From Sulfurimonadaceae bacterium (lineage in GTDB: Bacteria; Campylobacterota; Campylobacteria; Campylobacterales; Sulfurimonadaceae), in NCBI GenBank assembly GCA_041553795.1, contig JBFEIF010000001.1, forward strand, positions 1 through 53,077: DNA of 53,077 bases, given 5' to 3'. The notes below the pieces were generated by a model that was not told the DNA's origin, did not search any database, and was given only the letters and a program-made list of their open reading frames with translations. The translations under genes and the position numbers were made by a program. This document shows positions 45,246 to 53,077 of the stretch, piece after piece (the stretch's first letter is position 1; every line of letters starts with the position of its first letter).

Positions 45246-46196
45246 TCAAAAAAACTCCATATCTCCACCCTCATCATCATAATCATTTTCAAGCGCTTTT
45301 TTAATGGTATCCATATCTGCCAACATGGAATTGTCAAAGATATTCGGATCTTTAAGCTTATTACTAAAGACCTGACTATGCCAGCTGTCAAGAGTATAGA
45401 TAAGACTTTCCATACACCCTAATGCAAATTCAAGGTTCTGCTGTTCTGGCTGAAGATCGTCGTTCCTAAGCACATTCGCAAACTCACTTAACCCATTTCC
45501 AAGCCGTATAGATATTGGGTATAAACACAGTATATGAGCATATGCTCCAAGGAGTTGGCCTGCTCTTTGAAAGTAATCAGCCTCAAAACGATTACGCAAA
45601 ATAATAAAGTTGATTACACTGTCAATATCTCCGATAAGGTCATCTAGATCTTGACGATGGTCATCAAGGAAGTACTCCTCAGTTTCATCTTCTTGCATAG
45701 TCTTGGATAAGGCTTCTTTCTTGCTTTTAGGTGTGGAAGAGCGTGACAGTTTGTTCTCAAGGACACGAACAACTTTTTCAAGCTCTTTGTTCTTTTCTTC
45801 GAGTATTTGACGCTGTTTATAAAGTGTAAGATGGGTCTGGACCCTGGCCTTTACAATAGAAGGGTTGACGGGCTTTATTATATAATCTTTTGCACCCAGG
45901 GAAAATCCATAGGTTTCATCTTTTATCTCACCAAGTGCTGAGATAAAGATAACAGGAATGTCTTTTGTCTCCTCATCTGCCTTTAGCTGCTTTATTACCT
46001 CGTATCCATCCATCTCCGGCATCATGATATCTAAAAGGACCATATCCGGCTTGTTTTCCATACTCACGATTTTTAGTGCTTGTTGTCCACTCTTAGCAGC
46101 TTTGACGATATAGTCTTCTCGTAGAATATTTGTTAAGATGTCAATGTTCTCTGTCACATCGTCAACAACGAGTACCGTCTGTTTTTTGTTATCCAT
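45246..46196 (-). CDS. Response regulator: REC, coiled coil and an uncharacterised C-terminal domain
   Basis: REC motifs VLVVDDV, DMVLLDIMMPEMDG and KP. The C-terminal ~140 aa has no motif I recognise. Confidence 0.85.
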   Translation of the reverse strand: MDNKKQTVLVVDDVTENIDILTNILREDYIVKAAKSGQQALKIVSMENKPDMVLLDIMMPEMDGYEVIKQLKADEETKDIPVIFISALGEIKDETYGFSLGAKDYIIKPVNPSIVKARVQTHLTLYKQRQILEEKNKELEKVVRVLENKLSRSSTPKSKKEALSKTMQEDETEEYFLDDHRQDLDDLIGDIDSVINFIILRNRFEADYFQRAGQLLGAYAHILCLYPISIRLGNGLSEFANVLRNDDLQPEQQNLEFALGCMESLIYTLDSWHSQVFSNKLKDPNIFDNSMLADMDTIKKALENDYDDEGGDMEFF

Positions 46197-49100
46197 TTAT
46201 TGTTTCTCCGTCATGAGTTATTTTAAGTTTTAATTGTGTCAACAGTGCTTTGGCCTCATCAAAATCAAAAAGACTTAAAGCTGAAGCAAGTGTCTTGTAA
46301 ATATCATTATGTCTTTTGATGATGGATACACTGCTTAATTCTTCAATCAATTCGAGGGCCTGCGTATCATAATTTTCAATAAGTTCTTGTAGACTATCCA
46401 GTTTTTGCATCACTTCACTTATATCCAATGATATTTCTTCAGATACAGTATTCTCATCTTTATCAAGTTCTTCCAAAGCTTCTATAAGTGGATGGAAAAT
46501 TTTCACCAGCCTGCCGACGTGGTCTGTGATTGCACTTTTTTCTGCCTTACTCTTACATAGCTGTTCCAAAGTTGATGCCGATTCAAAAAGTTCTGTTGCA
46601 CCGATATTTCCTGCGGTTCCTTTCAAAGTATGTGCTAATAGAAGGGCCTTAGACATTTTGTCAGATTCAACCGCCTCTTCAAATTTTTGTATGAAGTCAC
46701 GCTGAGAGGTCTTAAACTTTTTTAGTAACCTTAGGTAAAGTCCTTTTTTGTTTTGTGTTATGGCCATACCTTTGGCAAGATCAATGCCCTCAATCATGGG
46801 CAATTCAATATCATCGTTGGATATCGGAGAAAGACGCTTTGTACCTGCAGGCGTGGAAAGTGAAATCCATTTTAGCATCGTATTGAACATATCATATGGA
46901 TTAATTGGCTTGATGATCATATCATCCATTCCTGCGGTGATGGCCTTTTTCCTATCTTCTGCCATAGCATTGGCGGTCAAAGCAATGATAGGTATTGACT
47001 TGAATTCTTCTTGTTCACGAATCTTTTCCGTTGCTTTATAGCCGTCCATCACCGGCATCTGGCAATCCATTAGTATGCCATCAAAATTAGCGTCCTGAAC
47101 AGCTTGAAGAGCTTCGAGTCCATTATTAGCCAGGGTGACGCTTATGCCGACTGAATTCAGAAGATCAATGGCAAGTTCTTGATTCAATTCATTGTCTTCG
47201 ACTAATAAAATATGAGCACCGTAAAGACGACTGATTTCAGGATGGTCATTTATAGGTTTCGGCTTAACTGCATCTGCTTTTGTAGAATGCAATCCCATGG
47301 TATTTGCAATAGCACCATATAATCTGTCAAAAGTGACCGGTTTGGTAAGAAAATGATCGATCTGAACATGGTGTGCAACCGAAGACGCATCGTCGACACC
47401 ATGCGCGGTTATCATTATGACATTTGGTTGATGTGTGACATTCGAGTTTTCTTGTATCGACTTTATAGTCATAATGCCATCCATTCCTTTCATCTTCCAG
47501 TCTATGAGTATAAAATCAAACATAGACCCTTTCTGCTCTTTTTCCTGTACGAGTTCTATTGCTCGTTGACCATTGCTGGCTTCCTCAACACTGTAGCAAA
47601 ATCTATTCAGGATTTTAGATAGTATTTTTCGCGAGGTATCGTTATCATCCACAATCAGCACCTTGAGGTTAGCCAAAGCACTCTCTTCTGGTTTCACTTC
47701 TGGTTCTGCTTCATGGGTGTGCTTTTTTAGACGAACTGTAAAGAAAAATTTGCTTCCTTCACCAATGCTACTCTCCATCCAAATATCTCCGCCCATCATA
47801 TGGGTTAACTTTTTACAGATAGCCAGACCTAGCCCTGATCCGCCATATTTACGTGTAGTCGATGAATTCGCTTGTGAAAAGGAGTCGAAAAGTGTCTCCT
47901 GTTGTTCTTCTGGTATTCCTATGCCGCTGTCCGTAATACAAAACTTGAGAGTTACGGACGAACTGTCTTCATCTTGCTTTTGTATATCAATAGAGATCTC
48001 GCCATTTTTTTCTGTGAACTTTACCGCGTTACTGACTAAATTCATTAAGATCTGCCCAAGACGCAGGGGGTCGCCGATCAATATTGAAGGTATGTCTTCT
48101 TCAATCCAATAGTTAAGTTCGATCGATTTTTCTTTGGCTTTTATTTCGATGACATTAAGCAGATCATCGAAGACGCTAAACAAGGAAAAATTAGTATATT
48201 CTATTTCCAATTTATTCGATTCTATCTTAGATAGATCCAGTATATCGTTGATGAGACCTAGTAGCATCTCTGCCGATCGATAAACCTTCTCAGCATAATT
48301 TCGTTGTTTATTATCAAGGTCTGTCTGCAATACGAGATGCGTCATCCCGATGATGGCATTCATTGGGGTACGGATCTCATGACTCATATTGGCAAAAAAA
48401 TCTGACTTGCTTTGTAATGCTGCTTCAGCGGTCTCTTTCGCCTTGCTCATTATCCTTTGAGACTCTTTAAGTTCCCGGGTCCGTTTTTCTACTTCTTTTT
48501 CAAGGGTCGTTTTGTTTTCCTGGATAGACTTATTGGTTGTATAAAGCTCCGTCAGATCGATTTGGGCTGATGCATACTCAATAATGTCACCATGGATGTC
48601 CAAAATCGGAAAAATGAAGATATTGACATAGGATTCCGTTCCATCCTTTTTCAAATTATAGATAGTGTCCTGCCACGTTTTTTTTGCCTTAATGGTGTTC
48701 CATAGCTCGTAAAACATCGACGTGGGGTTTTTAGGATGACGGAAAATGTTATAACTCTTGCCCAGAAGTTCATTTCTGTCGTACCCGTAAGCCTTGCAGA
48801 AACTGTCATTGACATAGGTGATATTCCCTGCCAGATCCGTTTTTGAGACAAGAAGTATAGTATCTATGGCGCTGTGGTATTGTTTAGATACTAGCCATTC
48901 CTCTTTAAGGAGCTTATCTTTCTCTTCTTGTTTGATGGAGTATATGCGCATTGTTTCAGAAAGGTCTCTATTGGTTATGAGGCTGATCTCGTCAAACATT
49001 TCATGGTTCATGAACCCCTGATCTATCATATATCCCGTAGCGCTTTTATAAAAGGCTGACAAAATCGTGATGATGATGTGGGGCGGAATATCATTGGTTT

Positions 49101-49359
49101 GACAATCATTCAGCCATTTCTGCATGGCTGGAGACTTGCCCAGGGACATTGTTCCCTCGACGACACTATAGTAGTAGTCATAAAGATTATGCGCATACGT
49201 CTCTTCGAATGATGTAAGACTGCTGTACTCTTGTATCGCTAAGATGACAGTACTGTCAGACATCCAACGTTTGATGATAAGTGAGCGGCCCTCTTGAAGC
49301 ATTTGCAAATGCTCTCTGATCAAGGGAAACTCATACATCATCGTGTTACTCTTTTTCAA
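46189..49359 (-). CDS. Cytoplasmic hybrid sensor histidine kinase: unknown N-domain, PAS, HisKA, HATPase, REC, REC, Hpt
   Basis: No TM segment. PAS (GNITYVNDSFCKAYGYDRNELLGKSYNIFRHP). H-box [11 protein letters not shown]. HATPase GGSGLGLAICKK. Two REC domains. Hpt motif HTLKGTAGNIGA. Confidence 0.9.
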   Translation of the reverse strand: MKKSNTMMYEFPLIREHLQMLQEGRSLIIKRWMSDSTVILAIQEYSSLTSFEETYAHNLYDYYYSVVEGTMSLGKSPAMQKWLNDCQTNDIPPHIIITILSAFYKSATGYMIDQGFMNHEMFDEISLITNRDLSETMRIYSIKQEEKDKLLKEEWLVSKQYHSAIDTILLVSKTDLAGNITYVNDSFCKAYGYDRNELLGKSYNIFRHPKNPTSMFYELWNTIKAKKTWQDTIYNLKKDGTESYVNIFIFPILDIHGDIIEYASAQIDLTELYTTNKSIQENKTTLEKEVEKRTRELKESQRIMSKAKETAEAALQSKSDFFANMSHEIRTPMNAIIGMTHLVLQTDLDNKQRNYAEKVYRSAEMLLGLINDILDLSKIESNKLEIEYTNFSLFSVFDDLLNVIEIKAKEKSIELNYWIEEDIPSILIGDPLRLGQILMNLVSNAVKFTEKNGEISIDIQKQDEDSSSVTLKFCITDSGIGIPEEQQETLFDSFSQANSSTTRKYGGSGLGLAICKKLTHMMGGDIWMESSIGEGSKFFFTVRLKKHTHEAEPEVKPEESALANLKVLIVDDNDTSRKILSKILNRFCYSVEEASNGQRAIELVQEKEQKGSMFDFILIDWKMKGMDGIMTIKSIQENSNVTHQPNVIMITAHGVDDASSVAHHVQIDHFLTKPVTFDRLYGAIANTMGLHSTKADAVKPKPINDHPEISRLYGAHILLVEDNELNQELAIDLLNSVGISVTLANNGLEALQAVQDANFDGILMDCQMPVMDGYKATEKIREQEEFKSIPIIALTANAMAEDRKKAITAGMDDMIIKPINPYDMFNTMLKWISLSTPAGTKRLSPISNDDIELPMIEGIDLAKGMAITQNKKGLYLRLLKKFKTSQRDFIQKFEEAVESDKMSKALLLAHTLKGTAGNIGATELFESASTLEQLCKSKAEKSAITDHVGRLVKIFHPLIEALEELDKDENTVSEEISLDISEVMQKLDSLQELIENYDTQALELIEELSSVSIIKRHNDIYKTLASALSLFDFDEAKALLTQLKLKITHDGETING

Positions 49360-50923
49360 GCGATGCTCCTTCCGGAAGGTCTGTGCTCAGAGGCAGACAG
49401 ATTGTAAAGCATGCTTCATTCTCTCGGTTCTCTACACTTATAGTTCCATTGACTTTTTGGATTATCATACGTGAGATGTCCAGACCGATACCCGTTCCTT
49501 TACTCCCTTTTGTAGTGATATATTGATCAAACAGCGTACCTATGATCTCTTCAGGTATACCACCGGCATTATCACAAAAGTGTATGATTATCTGATGATT
49601 GTCTTGACCGACGTTAATCTTGACTTCACGCTGTTCACACTGATGCTCTTCAAAGGCATCCTGGGCATTGTTAAGGAGGTTGATTACCACCTGGTAAAAT
49701 TCGTTTGGATATCCTTTGGTATAAAGTCCTTTGTCTCCGTTAACTATGATGCTGATACTTTCGTAAGTACCTCCAAGGTTCTTTAGTACACTTTCGAATG
49801 CCCCTACTACCGAAAAGTGCTCCTGCTCTTTTACCGGTTTAAAAAAGTGTTTAAAATAATCCATGGTTTCAGAAAGAAAACGGACCTGCTCTTGAATCAT
49901 CTCTGCTGTCTCAACCGTATCCTCATCCGCAGTACTCTTGTACTTGATATAATCAGCAGCAAGGTTGATGCCTTGAAGAGGTTGTTTCCATTGATGCGTC
50001 AAGGCACTGACCATTTGGCCCATCTGAGCATGACGGTTCTCAAGTTCAAGAAGCTTGTCTTTTTTACGTAATTCTTCAAGTTTCCGTCTGATCTCGTCTT
50101 GTAAAAAGTGATTGAGTTCGCTCAGTTTACGCTGTCTTTTGTATAAATAGATCGCCACATCGACTTTCAGTAGCAAGTTTTCAACGGAAAAGGGTTTTAC
50201 AAGAAAATCATTTGCTCCACTCTTAAGCAGTTGGGCAATCAAGTTCTGGTTTGTCGTATTTGAGATACAGATGATAGGCAGATCCAAAAGTTCATTATCC
50301 TCACGTATCTGACGAAGCAGTTCCAGACAATTGATTTCAGACATCTCCACGTCAGTGATGAGTAAATTGAATGGGTCCCTTTTTAAAGTACTGTAAACAT
50401 CTTGACTATGTAGACAAGTCTCTACTATATAGTTTTGGTTGCGCAGGATAGTTTCCACCTGTTTCAGATAGACTTTGGAATCATCAACAACAAGGATACG
50501 TGCATCTTTATTATCGATATGATGATTGATAGTTTTAATGATCTCATTTGTAAGAAAGTTTATAGGATTGTCTTTGGAAAGGTAGTCGATGATTCCCATT
50601 TGGAAGAGTCTGTCGCGGCGGTTTTTTTCCACATTCCCGGTTAATACGATTACTCTTGTTGCTTTATTGATATCAAGAGATTTGATATAGTGGATCAACT
50701 CTTCCCCCGTTCCATCGGGAAGCTCTAGGTCTAAAATGATGTAGTCGATTTTTTGAGTTTCAATAATACTTTTGGCTTGCACAAGCGTCAGGGCACTGTG
50801 AAGATCAAAATGAGGCATATTTGATTTCTCAAGAGCTTCGCACAGCGCACCATTTACTGTACTGGAATCTTCTACTATCAGAAGCGATAAATCAACGTGT
50901 TTCATCTTATTGCCATCCTCCAA
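49346..50923 (-). CDS. REC-REC-histidine kinase
   Basis: Two receiver domains (DYIILDLELPDGTG and NLLITDVEMSEINC), H-box SALTHQWKQPL, and HATPase GTGIGLDISR. Confidence 0.85.
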   Translation of the reverse strand: MEDGNKMKHVDLSLLIVEDSSTVNGALCEALEKSNMPHFDLHSALTLVQAKSIIETQKIDYIILDLELPDGTGEELIHYIKSLDINKATRVIVLTGNVEKNRRDRLFQMGIIDYLSKDNPINFLTNEIIKTINHHIDNKDARILVVDDSKVYLKQVETILRNQNYIVETCLHSQDVYSTLKRDPFNLLITDVEMSEINCLELLRQIREDNELLDLPIICISNTTNQNLIAQLLKSGANDFLVKPFSVENLLLKVDVAIYLYKRQRKLSELNHFLQDEIRRKLEELRKKDKLLELENRHAQMGQMVSALTHQWKQPLQGINLAADYIKYKSTADEDTVETAEMIQEQVRFLSETMDYFKHFFKPVKEQEHFSVVGAFESVLKNLGGTYESISIIVNGDKGLYTKGYPNEFYQVVINLLNNAQDAFEEHQCEQREVKINVGQDNHQIIIHFCDNAGGIPEEIIGTLFDQYITTKGSKGTGIGLDISRMIIQKVNGTISVENRENEACFTICLPLSTDLPEGASLEKE

Positions 50924-51979
50924 TCATAGAACGCTGTTATTTAAAGAGCCAGCTGTTTCAGCAAACTTTTCGTTGATCTTGAGTATTTCGGGCAGTACTT
51001 TCAAAAAATGTTCTACAACAACGGGATCGAAATGTTTATTGGAGTTCTCTTTGATATAAGCCAAAGTCTTTTCTATTGTCCAGGCCTCTTTATAAGGCCG
51101 TTTGCTCATAAGGGCATCAAATACATCCGCAATGGCCACAATCCTTCCGCTAATGGGGATATCCTCACCTGCCAACCCATGGGGATACCCTGAGCCATCA
51201 AACTTTTCATGATGGGTGAGGGCGATCTCTTTAGCCAGAATCAAGAGCTTTGCTTCATGCTCACCAATGATTTCTGCACCGTATAGGGGATGTTTTTGCA
51301 TCAATCTAAATTCATCATCGTCTAATTTACCAGGTTTTAGCATGATCTTATCGGGGATACCAATCTTTCCGACATCGTGCAGCGGAGCCGCCTGGAACAT
51401 GAGATTGGTCCACTCATTAGGCCCTCCAGACATGGACTCGGCAATCAAAGAGGCATAATGGCTCATACGGATAATATGCAATCCTGTCTCATTATCTTTG
51501 AACTCTGCCGCACGTCCGAGTTGGCGTATAATTGACAGACGTGTCTCATTAAGTTCTTTTATTCGCTCTTGCACTTTTTTTTCGAGTTCAAGGTTCTGAT
51601 TATGCAGTGATAAATGGGTCTTTATACGCACCTTCGTTATGGAAGGATTGATTGGTTTGGTAATATAATCAACGGCACCCAGATTGAGACCTTTCTTTTC
51701 ATCTTCCCGGTCACTGAGCGCTGTAATGAAAATAATCGGTATATCTGCAGTGCGTGGATCCTTTTTCATCTGTCTACACACTTCGTATCCATTCATCTCA
51801 GGCATCATGATGTCAAGAAGGACCATATCAGGTTTGGGGTCTTTTTTAAGAAGATTAAGTGCTTGTTTCCCACTTCGTACTGCTTTGACTGTATAGATGT
51901 CATGTAAAACAGCATCAAGAATATCAATATTTTCCGGGGTGTCATCTACTACTAGTATAACCTGCTTTTCATCGGACAT
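50924..51979 (-). CDS. Response regulator with an HD-GYP phosphodiesterase domain (RpfG family)
   Basis: REC (ILVVDDTPEN, DMVLLDIMMPEMNG), then HDVGKIGIPD and HHEKFDGSGYPHGL. Confidence 0.9.
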   Translation of the reverse strand: MSDEKQVILVVDDTPENIDILDAVLHDIYTVKAVRSGKQALNLLKKDPKPDMVLLDIMMPEMNGYEVCRQMKKDPRTADIPIIFITALSDREDEKKGLNLGAVDYITKPINPSITKVRIKTHLSLHNQNLELEKKVQERIKELNETRLSIIRQLGRAAEFKDNETGLHIIRMSHYASLIAESMSGGPNEWTNLMFQAAPLHDVGKIGIPDKIMLKPGKLDDDEFRLMQKHPLYGAEIIGEHEAKLLILAKEIALTHHEKFDGSGYPHGLAGEDIPISGRIVAIADVFDALMSKRPYKEAWTIEKTLAYIKENSNKHFDPVVVEHFLKVLPEILKINEKFAETAGSLNNSVL

Positions 51980-52364
51980 CTATAACCTCACTCCATAATG
52001 ATCTTTCATCTTATTACCACGTATCTAATACAATATCTTGCTTTAAAGAACTAGATTGCCTGACATAGTATAGCATTTCTTCATCCTAATCAAATATAAT
52101 TAATCTGACACATTGACAAACTTACAGTGAAGAAAACTCAATGACTGAGTAACATAATATCCAAGGCCGACAGTATAAGTTATAAAAACTCTCAGTATTG
52201 TTTCAAAAATATTAACAAACCAGGATGAAAAAAGATATAATGAAACGCGTTTAAAAAACGAGATGTTAACTGATTAATCGATAGTCAATTATGAGAGAAA
52301 GTATTCAAATCTTTGTCATGCAGAGATAAGATCGTAATAAAAAGAGAGTGGAGTGGCATATTAA

Positions 52365-53077
52365 ATGATTAACGTAAAAAATAAACAAACAATTAAAATC
52401 TTTATAATATTCATATCCTTTTCACTGGTACTGTCATTATCTATGATGTTAATAGAAGAGTTTTTTTTTGAGCATAATGCCCAAAAGGTGGCAATACAAA
52501 ACGGCGTTAGTGAATTAGCTGAAAATGAGGCTTTTCTAAAGTCTATTCTTCAACACTCTGAAAATGTTCTCATGGCGGTAAAAGAGTCAATATTCTTTCA
52601 GAGATATTTAGATAATGGTGAGAATAGATATTTGTTAGAAAATTTTTTTTTGGCGCACATAAGAGCTAATGAAGACTATATGCAACTTAGATATATTGAT
52701 AAAAACGGCGTTGAAAAAATCAGAGTTGATAAACTAAAATCTGCCTCAGCCCCTTATGTGGTTCCTGAAAATAAATTACAAAATAAATCCGACAGAGACT
52801 ATTTTATTGATTCAAAATCAAAAGAACTGGGAAAAGTTTGGTTTTCTAAACTAGATTTAAATCAAGAAGAAGGAAAAATAGAATTCCCTTATAAGCCAAC
52901 ACTAAGAGCCGTTTTGCCAATACAAAAAGACAATCAGTTTGGCGGCCTATTGATTTTAAACTATTTTGCGGGAGATTTCATAAAAGTACTTGTCTCTACT
53001 CCATTGTATGATGTGATAATCAGTGATGACCAAGGTTATACAATCAAGCATTTTGAAGATGAAGATGGCAAGGATAC
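52365..53077 (+). CDS. N-terminal part of a membrane sensor protein with a Cache-like periplasmic domain (runs off the right edge)
   Basis: Not in the ORF track because no stop falls in the window. My hand translation from the ATG at 52365 stays open to 53077. One TM (IFIIFISFSLVLSLSMMLI). DRDYF...WFSKLDLN...YKPTLRAVLPI resembles Cache-type sensor domains. Confidence 0.55.
   Translation, partial: MINVKNKQTIKIFIIFISFSLVLSLSMMLIEEFFFEHNAQKVAIQNGVSELAENEAFLKSILQHSENVLMAVKESIFFQRYLDNGENRYLLENFFLAHIRANEDYMQLRYIDKNGVEKIRVDKLKSASAPYVVPENKLQNKSDRDYFIDSKSKELGKVWFSKLDLNQEEGKIEFPYKPTLRAVLPIQKDNQFGGLLILNYFAGDFIKVLVSTPLYDVIISDDQGYTIKHFEDEDGKD

Noticed and set aside
45164-45391. 75-aa ORF spanning the gap between the membrane hybrid kinase and the REC-unknown regulator
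   Set aside because: It mostly overlaps the 3' end of the regulator gene in another frame, and it has no RBS and no motif.
1-53077. Search for CRISPR arrays, rRNA genes, IS elements or transposases, toxin-antitoxin tandem repeats, and reverse transcriptase or retron components
   Set aside because: By eye I found no regularly spaced direct repeats, no rRNA-like segments, no DDE/transposase or RT motifs, and no tandem repeat array upstream of any small gene. A computational repeat scan would be needed to rule these out completely.

Overview
The window looks like a chromosomal segment of a Campylobacterota (epsilonproteobacterial) genome. That placement is inferred from remembered Campylobacter jejuni gene order: rplI-hslV-hslU-era, flaG-fliD-fliS, rluD-flpA-trmB-ftsE-ftsX-M23 peptidase, and a Cts/MSHA-like secretin-ATPase cluster. 

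Layout:
- 1-20.6 kb is one long minus-strand gene string. It holds a type IV pilus/competence (MSHA/Cts-like) biogenesis cluster, two adjacent peptidoglycan carboxypeptidases of the helical-shape type (Csd4/Pgp1-like and Csd6/Pgp2-like), era, hslUV, rplI, a ferredoxin-thioredoxin-reductase-like/rhodanese fusion, argG and flaG-fliD-fliS.
- 20.6-33.1 kb holds transporters and housekeeping or cell-envelope genes.
- 33.2-41.7 kb is the accessory part. An intact tRNA-Met(CAT) is followed by a tyrosine integrase and a ~7.4 kb low-GC island closed by an exact 68-bp copy of the tRNA 3' end. Next come a ~1 kb segment with an outer-membrane barrel gene and a third, decayed tRNA-like copy.
- Island cargo: a ParB-like protein, a repeat-containing membrane-anchored protein, a trypco2-like small protein flanked by ORF-free GC-enriched stretches, a YHYH-type small secreted protein, a secreted endonuclease I, and a translationally coupled HNH endonuclease that may be a type IV restriction enzyme.
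- 42.2-52.0 kb is a tightly coupled five-gene phosphorelay cluster: two hybrid kinases with double receivers and Hpt, a REC-REC-kinase, a REC protein with an unknown output domain, and a REC-HD-GYP regulator. A partial Cache-type sensor gene follows.

I found no CRISPR array, rRNA or transposase. I could not identify a complete, clearly novel multi-gene system. The most promising leads are the island cargo (nuclease pair, trypco2-like orphan and its flanking non-coding patches) and the att architecture. All homology calls rest on motif recognition by eye and need database confirmation.
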